Assembly (NCBI GenBank): GCA_964016885.1
Contig: OZ024745.1
Location: 94,984,001-95,048,000 of the forward strand
Length of the DNA: 64,000 bases
DNA from: Eledone cirrhosa
Lineage: Eukaryota
Direction of reading: 5' to 3'
The notes beneath the pieces were generated by a model that made no database searches, was not told where the DNA came from, and saw only the letters and a list, made by a program, of their open reading frames with translations. Both the position numbers and the translations under genes were made by a program. Shown here one piece after another: positions 28,911 to 42,762 of the stretch. Position 1 is the stretch's first letter. Each line of letters begins with the position of its first letter.

Positions 28911-29949
28911 CTTCTTCTTCTTCTTCTTCTTCTTCTTCTTCTTCTTCTTCTTCTTCTTCTTCTTCTTCTTCTTCTTCTTCTTCTTCTTCTTCTTCTTCTT
29001 CTTCTTCTTCTTCTTCTTCTTCTTCTTGCTCTTATCCCCCACTACTACCACTACAGTCGAAGCCAACAGCTTAAACAGAACTGATTCTTCCCTGCTACCA
29101 CCACTGTTGGTAAGGCTCAGGTCAGCATTAAGAGAGAAAGAGAGAAAACTACAGACAAAAATGTGAATTTTCCTAAATAAATATACATTTAAAAACAATT
29201 CTACCCCTATATTCTTATTATTCTTATTAATATGCAATTTAATTGCATTATATAAAAAGCAAAAAAGAAAAAAAAAAACAGTAAAAACTGCTAAAGGGAT
29301 TTTCTCTCAGAATAACATCAACACATTTATTTACAAAATAGGAATTTCCGCATTAATTGTACCGGTTTCAGTTTATACACTTTTTCAACAAATGAAGTAT
29401 ATAATGCAATTAAATTGCATATTAATAAGAATAATAAGAATATAGGGGGAAGAATTGTTTTTACATATATATTTAGGGAGGAAAATTCACATTTTTGTCT
29501 GTAGTATTCTCTCTTTCTCTCTTAATGCTGACCTTAGCCTTACCAACAGTGGTGGTAGCAGGGAAGAATCAGTTCTGTTTAAGCTGTTGGCTTCGACTGT
29601 AGTGGTAGTAGTGGGGGGAGTAGGGCAAGAAGAAGAAGACGAAGACGAAGACGAAGACGATGAAGAAGAAGACGACGGAGGGACAGGAGATAGGTGTGGT
29701 AGTAATATATATAAATTATTTTTGTAAAGCATAAGAAATGCGCAACCGGTATTAGACAATTATTAAATATATAAATAAATAAATAAATGAAATTGTTAAT
29801 TAATAAATAAATCAACTAATACCTTAACACTTCTCACAAAGTAAAATATTTCGTTTTAATCACTTTCTAACCCAGTAAAAAGAGAGAAAAAATAAAAAGG
29901 GAAAAAAAAATTTTTTCTTCCTAATAATCGTCTTTTTCTCCCTGTTTTC
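28563..29949. mobile_element. Large fold-back element in (TA)n (arms ~28563-29254 / 29397-29949)
   Basis: The arms are reverse complements. The left arm has an expanded (TTC)n at 28881-29026 that is absent from the right arm. Confidence 0.88.
29355..29393 (-). ncRNA. Hammerhead ribozyme candidate with U3-A8 core
   Basis: Minus strand ATTTG-TTGAAAA-AGT GTATAA ACT-GAAA-CCGG-TA-CAATT, located in the spacer of the fold-back. Confidence 0.6.
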
Positions 29950-29983
29950 ATATATATATATATATATATGTATATAAATATAT

Positions 29984-30062
<79 letters not shown>

Positions 30063-30065
30063 AAT

Positions 30066-30133
<68 letters not shown>

Positions 30134-30179
30134 TAACTCGTGTGCTTCCTCTCCACATTTTATTATTATTATTATTATT

Positions 30180-30224
<45 letters not shown>

Positions 30225-30230
<6 letters not shown>

Positions 30231-30294
30231 TATGTATACGTACATACATATATGTATACAGACGTACAGTAGTATGTATATATATACATACATG

Positions 30295-30353
<59 letters not shown>

Positions 30354-30848
30354 ACGTATGGATTTACCGAACATTTATTATAATGGTCGGTTTGTTTGTA
30401 AACAAACATCCCGTACAGTGTTTAGCAACCATCATTGCCCTTTTTTTCAACACTGACAAAGGAACGTTGTACTAGTTTCAAGCTTATTAGCTATCGTCAG
30501 CACCGTATACCTTCCTGCCAGATGATTTAACGTCTGAAAGTATATACTTTGCTTATGCATATTAACGGCTGAGCATCGTTCTTTTGTCAGTGTTGAACAA
30601 AAGGGCAACGATGGTTACTAAACACCGTACGGCTTAATTCGGGATGTTTATTTAGAAACAAACCGAGCATTATAATATATTTTCGGTAAATCCATACGTA
30701 CATATATATATATGTGTGCATGTATGTATATATATACATACTACTGTATGTCTGTATACATATATGTATGTACATATACATACTTATATTTAAGTAACAG
30801 CCGTACTAAGAGTGAGAAATGAAATTACGTTTCATTTTTTCCATTTAT
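30225..30848. mobile_element. ~430-bp HHR repeat family, fold-back copy (HHR 30465-30505 minus)
   Basis: Homologous to 47347-48905; orientation switches near 30575. Confidence 0.85.
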
Positions 30849-30860
30849 ATATATATATAT

Positions 30861-30924
<64 letters not shown>

Positions 30925-31054
30925 GATATGCAGAAACATTGAATCTTATTAGGTTCACTTATATATATAAAAACACACGCACACACACACATACTCACAC
31001 ACGCGCGCACATACACACACACACACACTAATATAATATATATTACATAATATA

Positions 31055-31233
31055 AAGATCATCTTCGGCCACGGGCGACCAGGGAAAATTCCCTTCCGAG
31101 GATCAAGTCTGGACAAGGAGTTTATGTGGAAGATTAATAGTCGCCCATACATAGCAGTCAACCCTATTTACGTCGCCGATGTTACTCAGAAGAAAGGCAA
31201 ACGTTAATACATCTCAGCACTAGGGAGGTCGCA
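31055..31233 (-). mobile_element. Possible degenerate SINE 3' portion
   Basis: Short GC-richer island between microsatellites. It resembles an octopus SINE tail from recollection only. Confidence 0.35.
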
Positions 31234-31235
31234 AA

Positions 31236-31281
<46 letters not shown>

Positions 31282-31397
31282 TGATACGCACGCACACACA
31301 CACACATTGATATGAATGGACCTGTTATTTTTCATCTAAAGACATTTTTTCCAATTCCAACCCGCCCGTCACCTCAATCTATATTGTTTCTCATTCT

Positions 31398-31431
31398 TTC
31401 TTCTGATGAAGGACCAGCGTCCGAAATGCAA
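31398..31431 (+). ncRNA. Hammerhead core truncated by (TA)n
   Basis: CTGATGA(31403)-AGGAC CAGC GTCC-GAAA-TGCAA, then microsatellite. The stem I 3' strand is missing. Confidence 0.5.
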
Positions 31432-31457
31432 TATATATATATATATATACCGAAATG

Positions 31458-31553
<96 letters not shown>

Positions 31554-32342
31554 GTGTTGCAATTTCATGAATGAAACTATCTTTGGCTTTATTCACTGAA
31601 AGAGAAAAAGAGATTGAGCTGATCCAGATATTTTACAATAATTTTAGTCAATGGCGTGGAAATGGATCTTGTCTTTATGCCAACACAGCGAAAGCTGCAG
31701 ACATGCTTCGATTTAATTAAATCTCCTAAATGAAGCATATTCACTTAGCAAGCTAGTTTGATGGGAACCATCATTTATATATAGAATTATAAACTCAGGG
31801 TGCGTTTAAAGATTTCATGAGAATGTGACAAATATTTAGTAAATACGTTGAAACCGTACGATCGCTATTTATTTAAAATGCATTTGATTATTTCATCAAA
31901 TTGGCATCATATTTAGGATACCTATACAATCTTATTAAAGAGAATGTTGCTGAAATCTGAAGCAAATTGAAGATGACAGAAGAGCATTATCTAATAATAT
32001 AAATTAAGAACAATCTATTTTCCACAGGAGGAACATGCGCAAAAAACTTCCTTCTTATCGAAATTACATTCTACTGGATTTTATGTATCTATAATGCATC
32101 ACGTAATTGCAATAGACATTTAGAAAAAAATACAAAAAAACGGTTCTGAGTGAGAATTCTATTAGAAAATACGATGCAGACTTCAGCATGGTATAGTAAC
32201 AAATCTAATAGGTTTGAAATGACTTTTATAACTGACTGTAGTATTATAGGATAATCGTAACTCGCTATAAAATAGTAGCACCTCTGAATACTTTCATTGC
32301 ATGCATTGTGTAAAGGGCGAGTTAGTTTGATGGAGACTATCT

Positions 32343-32404
<62 letters not shown>

Positions 32405-32409
<5 letters not shown>

Positions 32410-32715
32410 TAGAAAGTGAGGTTTCTTTACAAAATGAAAAATAACCGAGGTGTCCTACACGAGTGAAAGTATAAAGAAAAAAAGATGAAATCGAAAAGGC
32501 AACTGGAATCTTATTTTAAAAAAAATATATAGAGTTGAGATGGATGGTCTGTGGTTTTTCTCACATCAGATGTGAGAAAAACCACAGACCATCCATCTCA
32601 ACTCTACTTTTGAAAAGCAGAACTGCGAAAGCGGTAAAGGAACCAAATAAATATATATATATTTTTTAAATAAGATTCCAGTTGCATTTTCGATTTCATC
32701 TTTCCCTCTCTCTCC

Positions 32716-32796
<81 letters not shown>

Positions 32797-33118
32797 AAAG
32801 TGAGGTTTTTTTTACAAAATGAAAAATAACCGAGGTGTCCTACACGAGTGAAAGTATAAAGAAAAAAAGATGAAATCGAAAATGCAACTGGAGTCTTGTT
32901 TTCTTTTTTTTTTAAAATATATATATATTTATTTGGTTCCTTTACCGGTTTCGCAGTTCTTCTGCTTTTCAAAAGTAGAGTTGAGATGGAGGGTCTGTGG
33001 GTTTTCTCACATGTGAAAAGCAGAAGAACTGCGAAACCGGTAAAGGAACCAAATAAATATATATATTTAAAAAAAAAAATAAGACTCCAGTTGCATTTTT
33101 GATTTCATCTTTTTTTCT
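32405..33118. mobile_element. Two fold-back copies of the U3-A8 HHR family (motifs 32606-32640 +, 32939-32976 -, ~33014-33047 +)
   Basis: Homologous to 62432-62790 and 34838-35075; flanked by (TA)n. Confidence 0.85.
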
Positions 33119-33126
33119 ATATATAT

Positions 33127-33210
<84 letters not shown>

Positions 33211-33214
33211 AAAT

Positions 33215-33510
33215 AATTTACCTACATACTCCAATACTTCAGTGCTTCAGAACTTCTCTACCTGCTCCATTTACATGTAGAGTGCACTGCGTAGGCTTCC
33301 TTCAGAGGATGAGGGTCTCGGTTTTCGTAGCACTCATTTTAATTCCAGTCTTGCAGCAGTCAGCATCAAACTTATCAAGTGCAAGTCGGAGATCATCTTC
33401 TGTCGATTAACACCATGTCATATGCAAATTCCAGCCAACTGATTTTTAACCCACCAGTCATAATACCACTTCCAACCAGGCTGCGCATGCCAATCCTTCT
33501 CATGTAAATA
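33215..33510 (-). mobile_element. LINE (RTE-like) fragment
   Basis: Shares GCAGGTAGAGAAGTT..GAAGCACTGAAG with 35725-36005. Confidence 0.45.
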
Positions 33511-33512
33511 AT

Positions 33513-33757
33513 GATTTCTTATATAGGCACAAGGTCAGCAATTTTGGGGGAGGGGAAAGTCGATTAAATCAACCCCAGTGCGTGACTGGTACTTTATTTT
33601 ATCGACCCTGTAAGGATGAAAGGCAAAGTTAACCTCGGCGGGATTTGAACTCAGATCATAAAGGGCCGTAACTCTATCTGCAAAGTATAACGTCCAAAAC
33701 TCTATACTGCAAAGCATGACGTTCGACCATCTATCGATACTGCCAATCCACCGCCCT
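33513..33757 (-). mobile_element. tRNA-derived SINE, full length
   Basis: A box, B box and core present. Confidence 0.9.
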
Positions 33758-33849
33758 TGTTCATGTAAATAATGAACAGGAGAGGTGATAGTACGCACCC
33801 TTGGCGGAGTCCGACTCCCACATTGAAAGATTTCAATTTAGCACCATTT

Positions 33850-34600
33850 ATCCGAACAGAAATATTCGGGCATTCCTATAAAGATACCAGGACAGCAAGA
33901 ACCTGACCATCGATCCCATACCCCTGCATAACCTTCTACAGTAAGTCCTAAGGAACACGGTCATATGCCTTTCCAAGTTCGAAAAAACAAGAATGTATCT
34001 CTTGGCAATACTGCCACGGCATAAAATTATTGGTATCCATCTAAATGGATGCATTGGACAGGGTGAGGTACCAAATTTGATGGTTGAAGGGCGGACCACT
34101 CTCTGTAAATTACAGACCTCTTGCATGCATATACCTGCTTTGGAGACTGTTTGACAAAACAGCCATTCATCTATGAAGTAACATTTTACTCCATATAGAA
34201 CAAAAAAGCACCTGTTCGTTGTGGAAAATTTGGAACTGTTTACGAAAACAGCAACATAACTAGTTTTCCAGTACAGCCAGGATATAGGCATGGAATTTGG
34301 TCTCACAAAATGTGCAGTTGTCAACGTGAAAGGGGGAAAATGTCCCACGTAACCGCATTGAATTAACATCTGGTGAAAGATGTGGCGAATCAATGGTGAC
34401 AGCTGGAAATATTAAGTAATTCGAGAGATAGATTAAGCATTGCTTGGACAACGGAAAAACATGGAAAAGGTATATCAGCACAGGATAATACTTCTACTTA
34501 TGTCAAGATCGCATGCAAGAAACTTGATTGGATAAATACGGAGTTTGAAGAGATAGACCACAGAATAAGAAAAATTATGACCTTAATACACTGTACAACT
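33850..34600 (+). mobile_element. Decayed non-LTR RT fragment (R4/Dong-like, tentative)
   Basis: VPNLMVEGRTT, NYRPLACI, QDIGMEFGLTKCAVVNVKGGK. Confidence 0.65.
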
Positions 34601-34837
34601 CTACATTAACCATGCAGCCCACTTAAAGACCAATGTATTTCAAGGCTTTCTATATTTGAACCCATTTAAAGTATGCATATAGCCTGGTCTGCAGTATACC
34701 GAACAACCATCCGACCTTTGGCGTTTTCTATGTTGTCGCTGGCAATATATTCTTTTCTACATAGTTTATTTGGCTTATAGTGTTCTGTTTACTTTTACTT
34801 GTTTATATAATTCCATAAGATATATATATATATATAT

Positions 34838-35075
34838 TAGAAAGTGAGGGTTTTTTTTTACAAAATGAAAAATAACCGAAGTGTCCTACGCGAGTGAAAG
34901 TATAAAGAAAAAAAGATAAAATCGAAAATGCAAATGGAGTCTTATTTTAAAAAAAAAATATATATTTATTTGGTTCCTTTACCGGTTTCGTAGTTCTTCT
35001 GATTTTCAAAAGTAGAGTTGAGATTGAGGGTCTGTGGTTTTTCTCACATCTGTACAACAGTGTTTTTCTCACATA
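34838..35075 (-). repeat. Copy of U3-A8 HHR family
   Basis: Homologous to 62432-62645; HHR at ~34976-35013 has a damaged stem II. Confidence 0.85.
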
Positions 35076-35240
35076 TATATATATATACATTTTGAATATA
35101 TGTTGGTTGTTTACCGACACCTCAGTATGCAGACTGGAGAACTCGACGAAGTACGCAGGTTGGTTTGGTTACTCCGGAGTAATGTAAAATAAAATAATTA
35201 AGTCAAATATTTAAAATTTGGCTTCGTTTATTAAAGATGT

Positions 35241-35295
35241 ACTGCTATATATATTTCGGTGACAGCCATCATTGGCTGTGACCTCTTCAGGCAGT
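35241..35295 (-). ncRNA. Canonical hammerhead ribozyme (second copy of 22887 family)
   Basis: Reverse complement of ACTGC-CTGAAGA-GGTCACAGCC..GGCTGTCACC-GAAA-TATATA-TA-GCAGT, within repeat 35095-35420. Confidence 0.9.
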
Positions 35296-35724
35296 CCGAA
35301 ATGGTGTGGTAGAGACAGGTACACATGTTGTTAAAGTGTTTTACTCCGTCAATACTCCGATATGTCCAACTCCTGGTTGGGTTGTTATTTCTCTGAGGAA
35401 CTGGAATCATATGAATTCGAACAAACGAATTTCGGTGTCAAAGGAACTCTCTCCTCCCATTGGTCAGTTGTGAGAACATTCCTCAGTCAAAAGTCTATAG
35501 AAATTATTCTGAGGCAAGACAATCTGTTGTGGTTGTTTTTGTAAAGTACAGCTGACCTCCTCCCTTGTGTTGGTAGTGGTATTGGTGTTAGGGGATCAGC
35601 TGGCAGGTCAGCTTTAGTTCGGCAGATGCTATGTTTAGAAGAATTTGTGTGTGTGGGTTGTCATATATCCTGCCACGATTTCACGTGGTGGTGGTGGTGG
35701 GGGGGGGGGGGTGCCAAATAGATA

Positions 35725-36005
35725 AAGAAATACTGAAGTATTGGAGAAATACTGAAGTATTGGAGCAGGTAGAGAAGTTATGAAGCACTGAAGCAGGTAG
35801 AGAAGTTCAAGTACCTCGGAGCCGTGTTCATGTGTAATGGAAGGCAGGAGACTGAATTAAGTGGAAGAATTGCAGGATCTGGTGTAATAATGCGCCAGCT
35901 TCAGCATTCAGTAATGAGAAGAAGGGAGGTAGGTGCAAAAGCCAAACTCGAAATATTCAATTCGGTATTCGTGCCAACCTTACTTATGGTCATGAATATG
36001 GGTAA
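35725..36005 (+). mobile_element. RTE-like LINE RT C-terminal fragment
   Basis: QVEKFKYLGAVF..ELSGRIA..AKLEIFNSVFVPTL. Confidence 0.7.
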
Positions 36006-36134
36006 CAACATATAATAAGAGCAAGTGCAGCAAGTGTAGTAAAACATATGTATGTATATAATAATTTATGATTTAAATATAAAAGATGTACAGTATTTTG
36101 GTAACTTCATTCGCCATTGTGACTATATCTGCAT

Positions 36135-36300
36135 CATCCAATTCAGACCTTAGCAGAGCTACATATGATTGCCAATTATTCAGCAGCAGAGGAAAGAAAC
36201 TGATTTTACTCAATGACTGACATTGGGTTTTAACTGACATTGTGAAAGCCAGTCGAATCGGAAGTTCTACTCACATACACATGAATAACAGGGTGGTGTC
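36135..36300 (-). pseudogene. Decayed Helitron helicase C-terminal remnant
   Basis: LPIRLAFTMSVKTQCQSLSKI...WQSYVALLR versus consensus FPVRLAFAMTINKSQGQTL...GQLYVALSR. Confidence 0.65.
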
Positions 36301-37512
36301 AGAAGTTCTCACTTCAATACTTCTCACAATTACATTTTATTCTATGATGTTAAACTTCTGTAACAATGTTTTCTTAAGACTTGCTTCAATATAAATTGCA
36401 AGGTCTATTAGTCTTAGTTAAATGTGAAAATAGCATAGCATCACACTCGGCTTGCTATATCACAATATTTAGAAAACTCTACCAATTATGTCTGTGTAAG
36501 AACTTTATTGAATAATGATCCAGGCCTTGCTAATGCCTGTCCACTCTCACAAATCCATCATAGAACTTCATAAACTGATATTTCGTAAAGTATTTCACAC
36601 ATTTCCGTATTGTTTAAGTCTACAAGAGACGTGCACTCAACAATAAACATTGTATAATTGTATTATCTGTTAGACAAGCAGACAATACATTTGCATATCA
36701 CGTGAAGATGTTTGTTAATGCACAAAGGCGAGTTATTTGTAGTTCGCCAAATTGTTTAAGTTCCTGAAGATTCAAAATACGAATAGTTTACATTTCGTAA
36801 TTGGTATTTTCTTCATATTCTTCAAGACAATATGCAACATACTACTGGATTTCTACACATTTATAAAAGCGGGCAATATACATCACATAACTAATTGCTG
36901 TACGTGGTAGACGTAACATATAATAACGAGTGTTTGGGGAAAATAAGCAGAGACGCCTTTATGAAGAACAAATATTGAAAGTTTATTAAAATAGGTTAAT
37001 ATCCCGGCCATATCACACTCGTATTTGTAACCTACTCTCCTGATAATGATAATTAGGGCTAAGATGGATTGCAGTCAAAGTAATATAATATATTTAATGT
37101 AGGTAGTCAAGAAATGTTCATAAAATATATGAATCTATATACTTGCGTAAAAATGTATTAATGAGATACCTAAGGATATTAGAATTTTAAGGGATTTTAA
37201 TGAGGTTCTTGAGGGAGGAGAGATACTTAGGTATAGAATGCATTAAGGGGTGTAAATTTGATCTTTCTGTAACGTGACAACTAATATGGATGTGCATTAG
37301 TAGATCTCATATTTGAGGCCTAATATAACCGTTATTGTCAGATCTTAGAATGGTGTGAGGTCTATTATGAATGAACACCGAATTGTGTTGTAACTTAGAA
37401 TAATAACTGGAGAGAAATATCTAGTTACGCTTGCTCCATGAAAAACTAGAAATAAAATGAACGCTAGCACAGTTGATGTAGTGAGCTAGGTGAGGCAAGA
37501 GATTTTAGCTAA

Positions 37513-38342
37513 TCTATATATATAAAACTGTGGTTGTCTGTCTGTCTATCGATTTTTGGCACACATCTCCTCTTAGAATTTCTCACGGAATTGCACCGAA
37601 ATTGCTATACTTGTACATTGAGCCCTAGCGAAGACATCGGAAAAAAAATTTCAAATAACCCACCCTATGTGACGAAATCGAATATAATGTATCGATTTTT
37701 GAGCGTAAGTTATCAGTTATTTCCCTTTGTTCTGTTTACATTGAGCGTCTTACGTAAAAAATTACGCTGGCTTTCTCAGCGTTTAAAATGACATTAACAC
37801 ACGAACATTGACCTGCAAAATTCATCAGTTCGAACACTAAGCTTCGGTTTTGCTTCATTTCCATTTAAAAGCATTTTAAAACAATATTTTTACTTGAAAA
37901 CAAGTCTATTTAAAGACTACGTAAAACAAGCAAATATTTCGTCGTTAGGCGTGCAGACAGACAGTCGTGCAGAGAGGTGATATACGCGTGCAGACAGACA
38001 GTCGTGCAGAGAGGTGATATAGGCGTGCAGACAGACATAACTGATAATTTGGTTACGCTAATGTTTTTATCTGCGTTGCAGTGTTTACATTTTCGATCTT
38101 TGTTAATAAATAACCAGTGCAGTTTTTATCCCCAGCATCCTCTTTTGTTATAACATTCGGGTTATCGTTATGTTTTCTTAACTTCATAAGGCATATTGTT
38201 GTTTGAGGGAATATTAATCAAAAACACCACATGCAAGTCTGCGCAGTAGACACTACAGTTTTTAAGCCAAAAAAGAAACTTAACATTGTAACTTTAACAC
38301 AGCTACTGAGCGACCCCGAGCAACGCCGGGCTTTACTGCTAG
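37513..38342 (+). mobile_element. Non-autonomous Helitron
   Basis: A|TC start, subterminal hairpin CCCGAGC-AAC-GCCGGG, CTAG|T end, no TSD. Internal 37-bp tandem repeat at 37948-38037. Confidence 0.85.
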
Positions 38343-38356
38343 TTAATATTAAAACA

Positions 38357-39135
38357 GTAATTGTTTCTACGTTTGGCACAAGGCCAGCAATTATTCCAGT
38401 GCATTACTGGTACTTTATCTTATCAACCCCGTAAGGATGTTAACCTCGGCGGTATTTGAACTCAGACCGTAACGAGACGTAACTCTATGCTAGAAAGTAT
38501 GGCGTCCGACTCTTTACCGATACTGCCAATCAACCGCCCATTAATATTAAAATTAAAACAATAATTGTTTCTACTTTTGGCATGAGGCCAGCAATTATCC
38601 AGTGTATTACTGGTACTTTAAACAATAATTGTTTCTACTTTTGGCACAAGGCCAGCAATTATCCCAGTGTATTACTGGTACTTATTTCATCGACCCCGTA
38701 AGGATGAAAGGTAAAGTTAACCTCGGCGGGATTTGAACTCAGACCATAAAGGGACATAACTCTATGCTGCAAAGCATGGTGTCTGACCTTCTACCGATAC
38801 TGCTAATTCACTGGTACTTTAAACAATAATTGTTTCTACTTTAGGCACAAGGCCAGCAATTATGCCAGTGTATTACTGGTACTTTATTTTATCGACCCTG
38901 TAAGGATGAAAGGCAAAGTTAATCTCGGCGGGAAGTGAACAATAATGATGAATAAACATTATTACTGGCGGGATTTGAACTCAGACCATAAAGGGAGTTA
39001 CGTCCCTTTACGGTCTGAGTTCAAATCCCGTCGAGGTTAACTTTACCTTTCATCCTTACGGGGTCGATAAAATAAAGCACCAGTAATGCACTGGGTTAAT
39101 TGCGGGCCTTGAGCCAAAAGTAGAAAGAATTATTA
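38357..39135. mobile_element. SINE cluster: 4-5 minus-strand copies plus one plus-strand copy forming a fold-back near 38995
   Basis: Repeated SINE cores; junction GGGATTTGAACTCAGACCATAAAGGGA-GTTACG-TCCCTTTACGGTCTGAGTTCAAATCCC. Confidence 0.88.
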
Positions 39136-41032
39136 CTTTAAAGAAAAATTCTTTTCATGGAAGTCAAAGTCAAAATCATAATATATTAACTAGTCGTCTG
39201 TTAAATTGTCATGGTGAATTAAAGTTTTCCCTATTATACGTTGTATAAGACGAATAAATATCTTAGTAATATTATCCTACTAACGAAGCATACAATGCAT
39301 GAAGCCACCGTGAAATAGAAATGTCAGTGTAAAATAAAGAAAAATGTCAGAAATTAAAAATAATACAAATGAAATAATACTGGAAACAATATCGTGCTTC
39401 AGAAACATTCTATAGACTCTATACAATAACGGCTTTCTCTAATCTTTAGAGTATTCCTAACAGAAATAAATAAATATTATGTTGCCCTTTAGAGTCGAGT
39501 TTTTAATTTACTGTAAAAATATACAAAGAAAAAGTAAATGTTCATACCAAAATATATAACGGCTCTTTTGAGGTGTATTTTCTTAAATTGTCATTAATAT
39601 TTAATGTTTTCCTTCCATAATATTAGATATTGATTATATTGATCCATAACTTTACAGTAAGAATATTCTAGGGTAATATTTATTTTCTTTATAATGAAAA
39701 TTGCGCCTCCAATTCATCTTATAGGAATATTTTCTGAGAAAAATACTTCGTTTCATCTACTCGTGTATTCGCACCGGCAATATCTACAAAATATACGAAT
39801 ATATTTTATGGAAATAAAGGCATATGTCCTTCGTGGTGAAGAGAATATTGAATATTTTGAGGTTATTTGGTGAAGAAACATTATACCTATAAAGACTGCA
39901 CTCCATCTAGCATAGCTTGTAACCACGTAACAACAACAACCAAAACAACAACAACAACAATAATATCAACAACAACAATAATAATAATTATGGTAATAAT
40001 AATGATTATAATGATGGTAATAATAATTGTTATTTTGAAAGAAATTCACATTAAGAGTATTAACTACAGGTTTGTTTAAATAACTCGTATATATCTTGAA
40101 AATAGATTTAGTGATATAGAAGAAAGTAACAGTGATAACATTTGATGTGAGAAAAATAAAGAAGAAAGAAGGAAAGAGACTTTTTATCTACAATATTTGG
40201 ATGAATAGATTATTACTAACTACCGGAGTTATCTAAAAATATCGATTGAAAGGTTAGCTTCAAGTAAAAAAGATAAAATAGTATTTCTTTAAAAACATGC
40301 TATAGTGATAGAAATACTATCTCCATGGTTTATTTTTACCAACCCTTTCCAAAGGCATTGCATTGATCATAGGTTTTCCAAATTTTCTTTAAAATTAGCC
40401 TGAAAAAATATATTGATTTGTACTTTTCAGATGGTTACAAATGCAGCACTCTTCTCAAATTCCTTACATTCAAGTACGAAATAACGTACCAATTTCATAT
40501 TATTTCTATTATTTATTTTCCGTTAGATTTATATGACAGAGATTTTGTAAAGTAACTGACACTGACCATATCAAAATTTGAACATCACTATGATATAATA
40601 GATTTTAAGTAGGACTCCAAATGATGTCGAATAGTACTTAACAAAAGATGCTTTTAAAGGTCAAACATGAATTCTAAAAAGACAATTTCTAAATTGATCT
40701 TGGATTTTTGTAAGTTTTTGATCTTTACAATAAGAGGTCAGTTTTAAAATAGTCTTCTACTGATTGCTAAAAATACTTTATATGAATTTTACTGTATAAT
40801 GCATTGCAACATGATTTGTATTAAAGGAAAAACTATTAGCAGAAAGTGGAGAGAATAAAGACCTTATTCTATTTCTAGAATCACCTATGCACATGCTATC
40901 ACACATTCAGTAATTTTTATATATTCTGATGTAGTTTATCAAATGTTACCCATCAACTCAATCTATAGCAATTCTCATCTTCAAACTACACCTACGGTTG
41001 CCCTTTCTGTTTCAGTTTCTCCTCAAAATATT

Positions 41033-41196
41033 TGTTTCTACTTTAGGCACAAGGCCAGCAATTACCCAGTTCATTACTGGTACTTTATTTTATCGACCCC
41101 GTAAGGAAGAAAGGCAAAGTTAACCTCGGCGGGATTTGAACTCAGATCGTAAAGGGACGTAACTATGCTGGAAAGCATGGCGTCCGACCCTCTACC
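41033..41196 (-). mobile_element. SINE with 18-bp target-site duplication
   Basis: GTTTCTCCTCAAAATATT at 41015-41032 and 41197-41214. Confidence 0.93.
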
Positions 41197-41467
41197 GTTT
41201 CTCCTCAAAATATTATGATCCTCTCAGACATGACTCTAGTTTCTGTGAGATTAGAAGCAAGCTTTCTTTTGACTGGCCCACCTCTAGATACCGACTGATA
41301 ATCTGATGTAGGTGATTTCATTATCCCTTCAAGAGTAACGAAGCATTCGTTAAATCTATTGTATTGACACTATGATATGCAACATCGCTTACAACCTAAT
41401 CATATCTGAGTGAAAATATGCGATCCACAAATGAACCAATATAATTTGATAATTGCATATCTATCTT

Positions 41468-41500
<33 letters not shown>

Positions 41501-41696
41501 ATATCTATTGACTCCCCCTATTGGGGAAAATCGATTAATTTTTAAATTGCATTTGTGATAGTATTTTACACGTATGTAAACTTCCCCCTTTGTATTTGTC
41601 CACGTCTTTTATGCCCCTGTGGCTAATAAAGAAACATATCTATCTATTAATCTACCTATCTATCTACTTATTTCTCCCCCCCCCTCTCTCCCCCCC

Positions 41697-41730
<34 letters not shown>

Positions 41731-42238
41731 TTTTTTAATATTAAACACTAACTATGAAATCATAGTTAGTGTTTAATATATATATGTGTCTGTTAAACAC
41801 TAACTATGATGTCAATTAGGTACTATTGTTTTTCGTGTTGTCTGTTTCATACGTTCACTGGGATAGACCCTAGATCTCCAGCCTGTACTGACTACATCTT
41901 GTAATGATTATGTTCTTTTCCTTCAATCGCGATACATTTCCAAAGAAGAAAGGTCAACAAATATATATGGTGTGTGTGTGTGGGTGAGGGGTGGGGGTTC
42001 TTTTAAATATACAGACTGGTACAAGAAGAATATCAGAGGTAACCTGGTAGTTATTGAGGGCATTAGATAGATATAGTTTAAAAGACTTACAGTAAGCTAA
42101 CTGTTTGTTGACGGGTCAACATTTAAGAAAGACAAGGAATAATGCAAGAGATCGAGTTTGTAGAAAAGTGTGCATATGAAAGTAATTAACCGATATCGGT
42201 GGTCAGTGGCAGCAGGCTTGTCATCGAAAAAAGAAAAT

Positions 42239-42308
<70 letters not shown>

Positions 42309-42762
42309 ATATTTTAAGAAAGTGAAATTAAAGAGATTAGATTTGGTAAATTATGTGTATTCTTAGATCGATGCTACGTTAAAATTAATCTGATGTCATA
42401 ATGGAAAAGCAGATAGAAATGAGGTTCAATAATGATAGTATGTGTATATCAAGCTACATGATGCTCTGTTGTTATATAGCAATGTGTTCGTGAGTGGATG
42501 GCTTGTCTGTTTGTTTTCAATAATTATATGAAACTGCGGTTACATTTGCGTTGATTTAATGGGAGCGTGCATGTATGAACATATATGTGCCTATGTTGGT
42601 AGTTTGTTTGTAAAGATGTTTGTATATGTATGTATGTATGGCGTTTGTATGAAGTATACGTGTGTGTTTCATGTTGTTGCGTAGGAACCTATTTTTATGA
42701 GCGTTTATGAAGTTAAATATGTGTAAACCTCAGCTTAAGTTTATATATATATATATATATAT

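Noticed and set aside
28699-29815. Poly-F/L/K and acidic ORFs, repeated on both strands
   Set aside because: Produced by the (TTC)n tract inside an inverted repeat.
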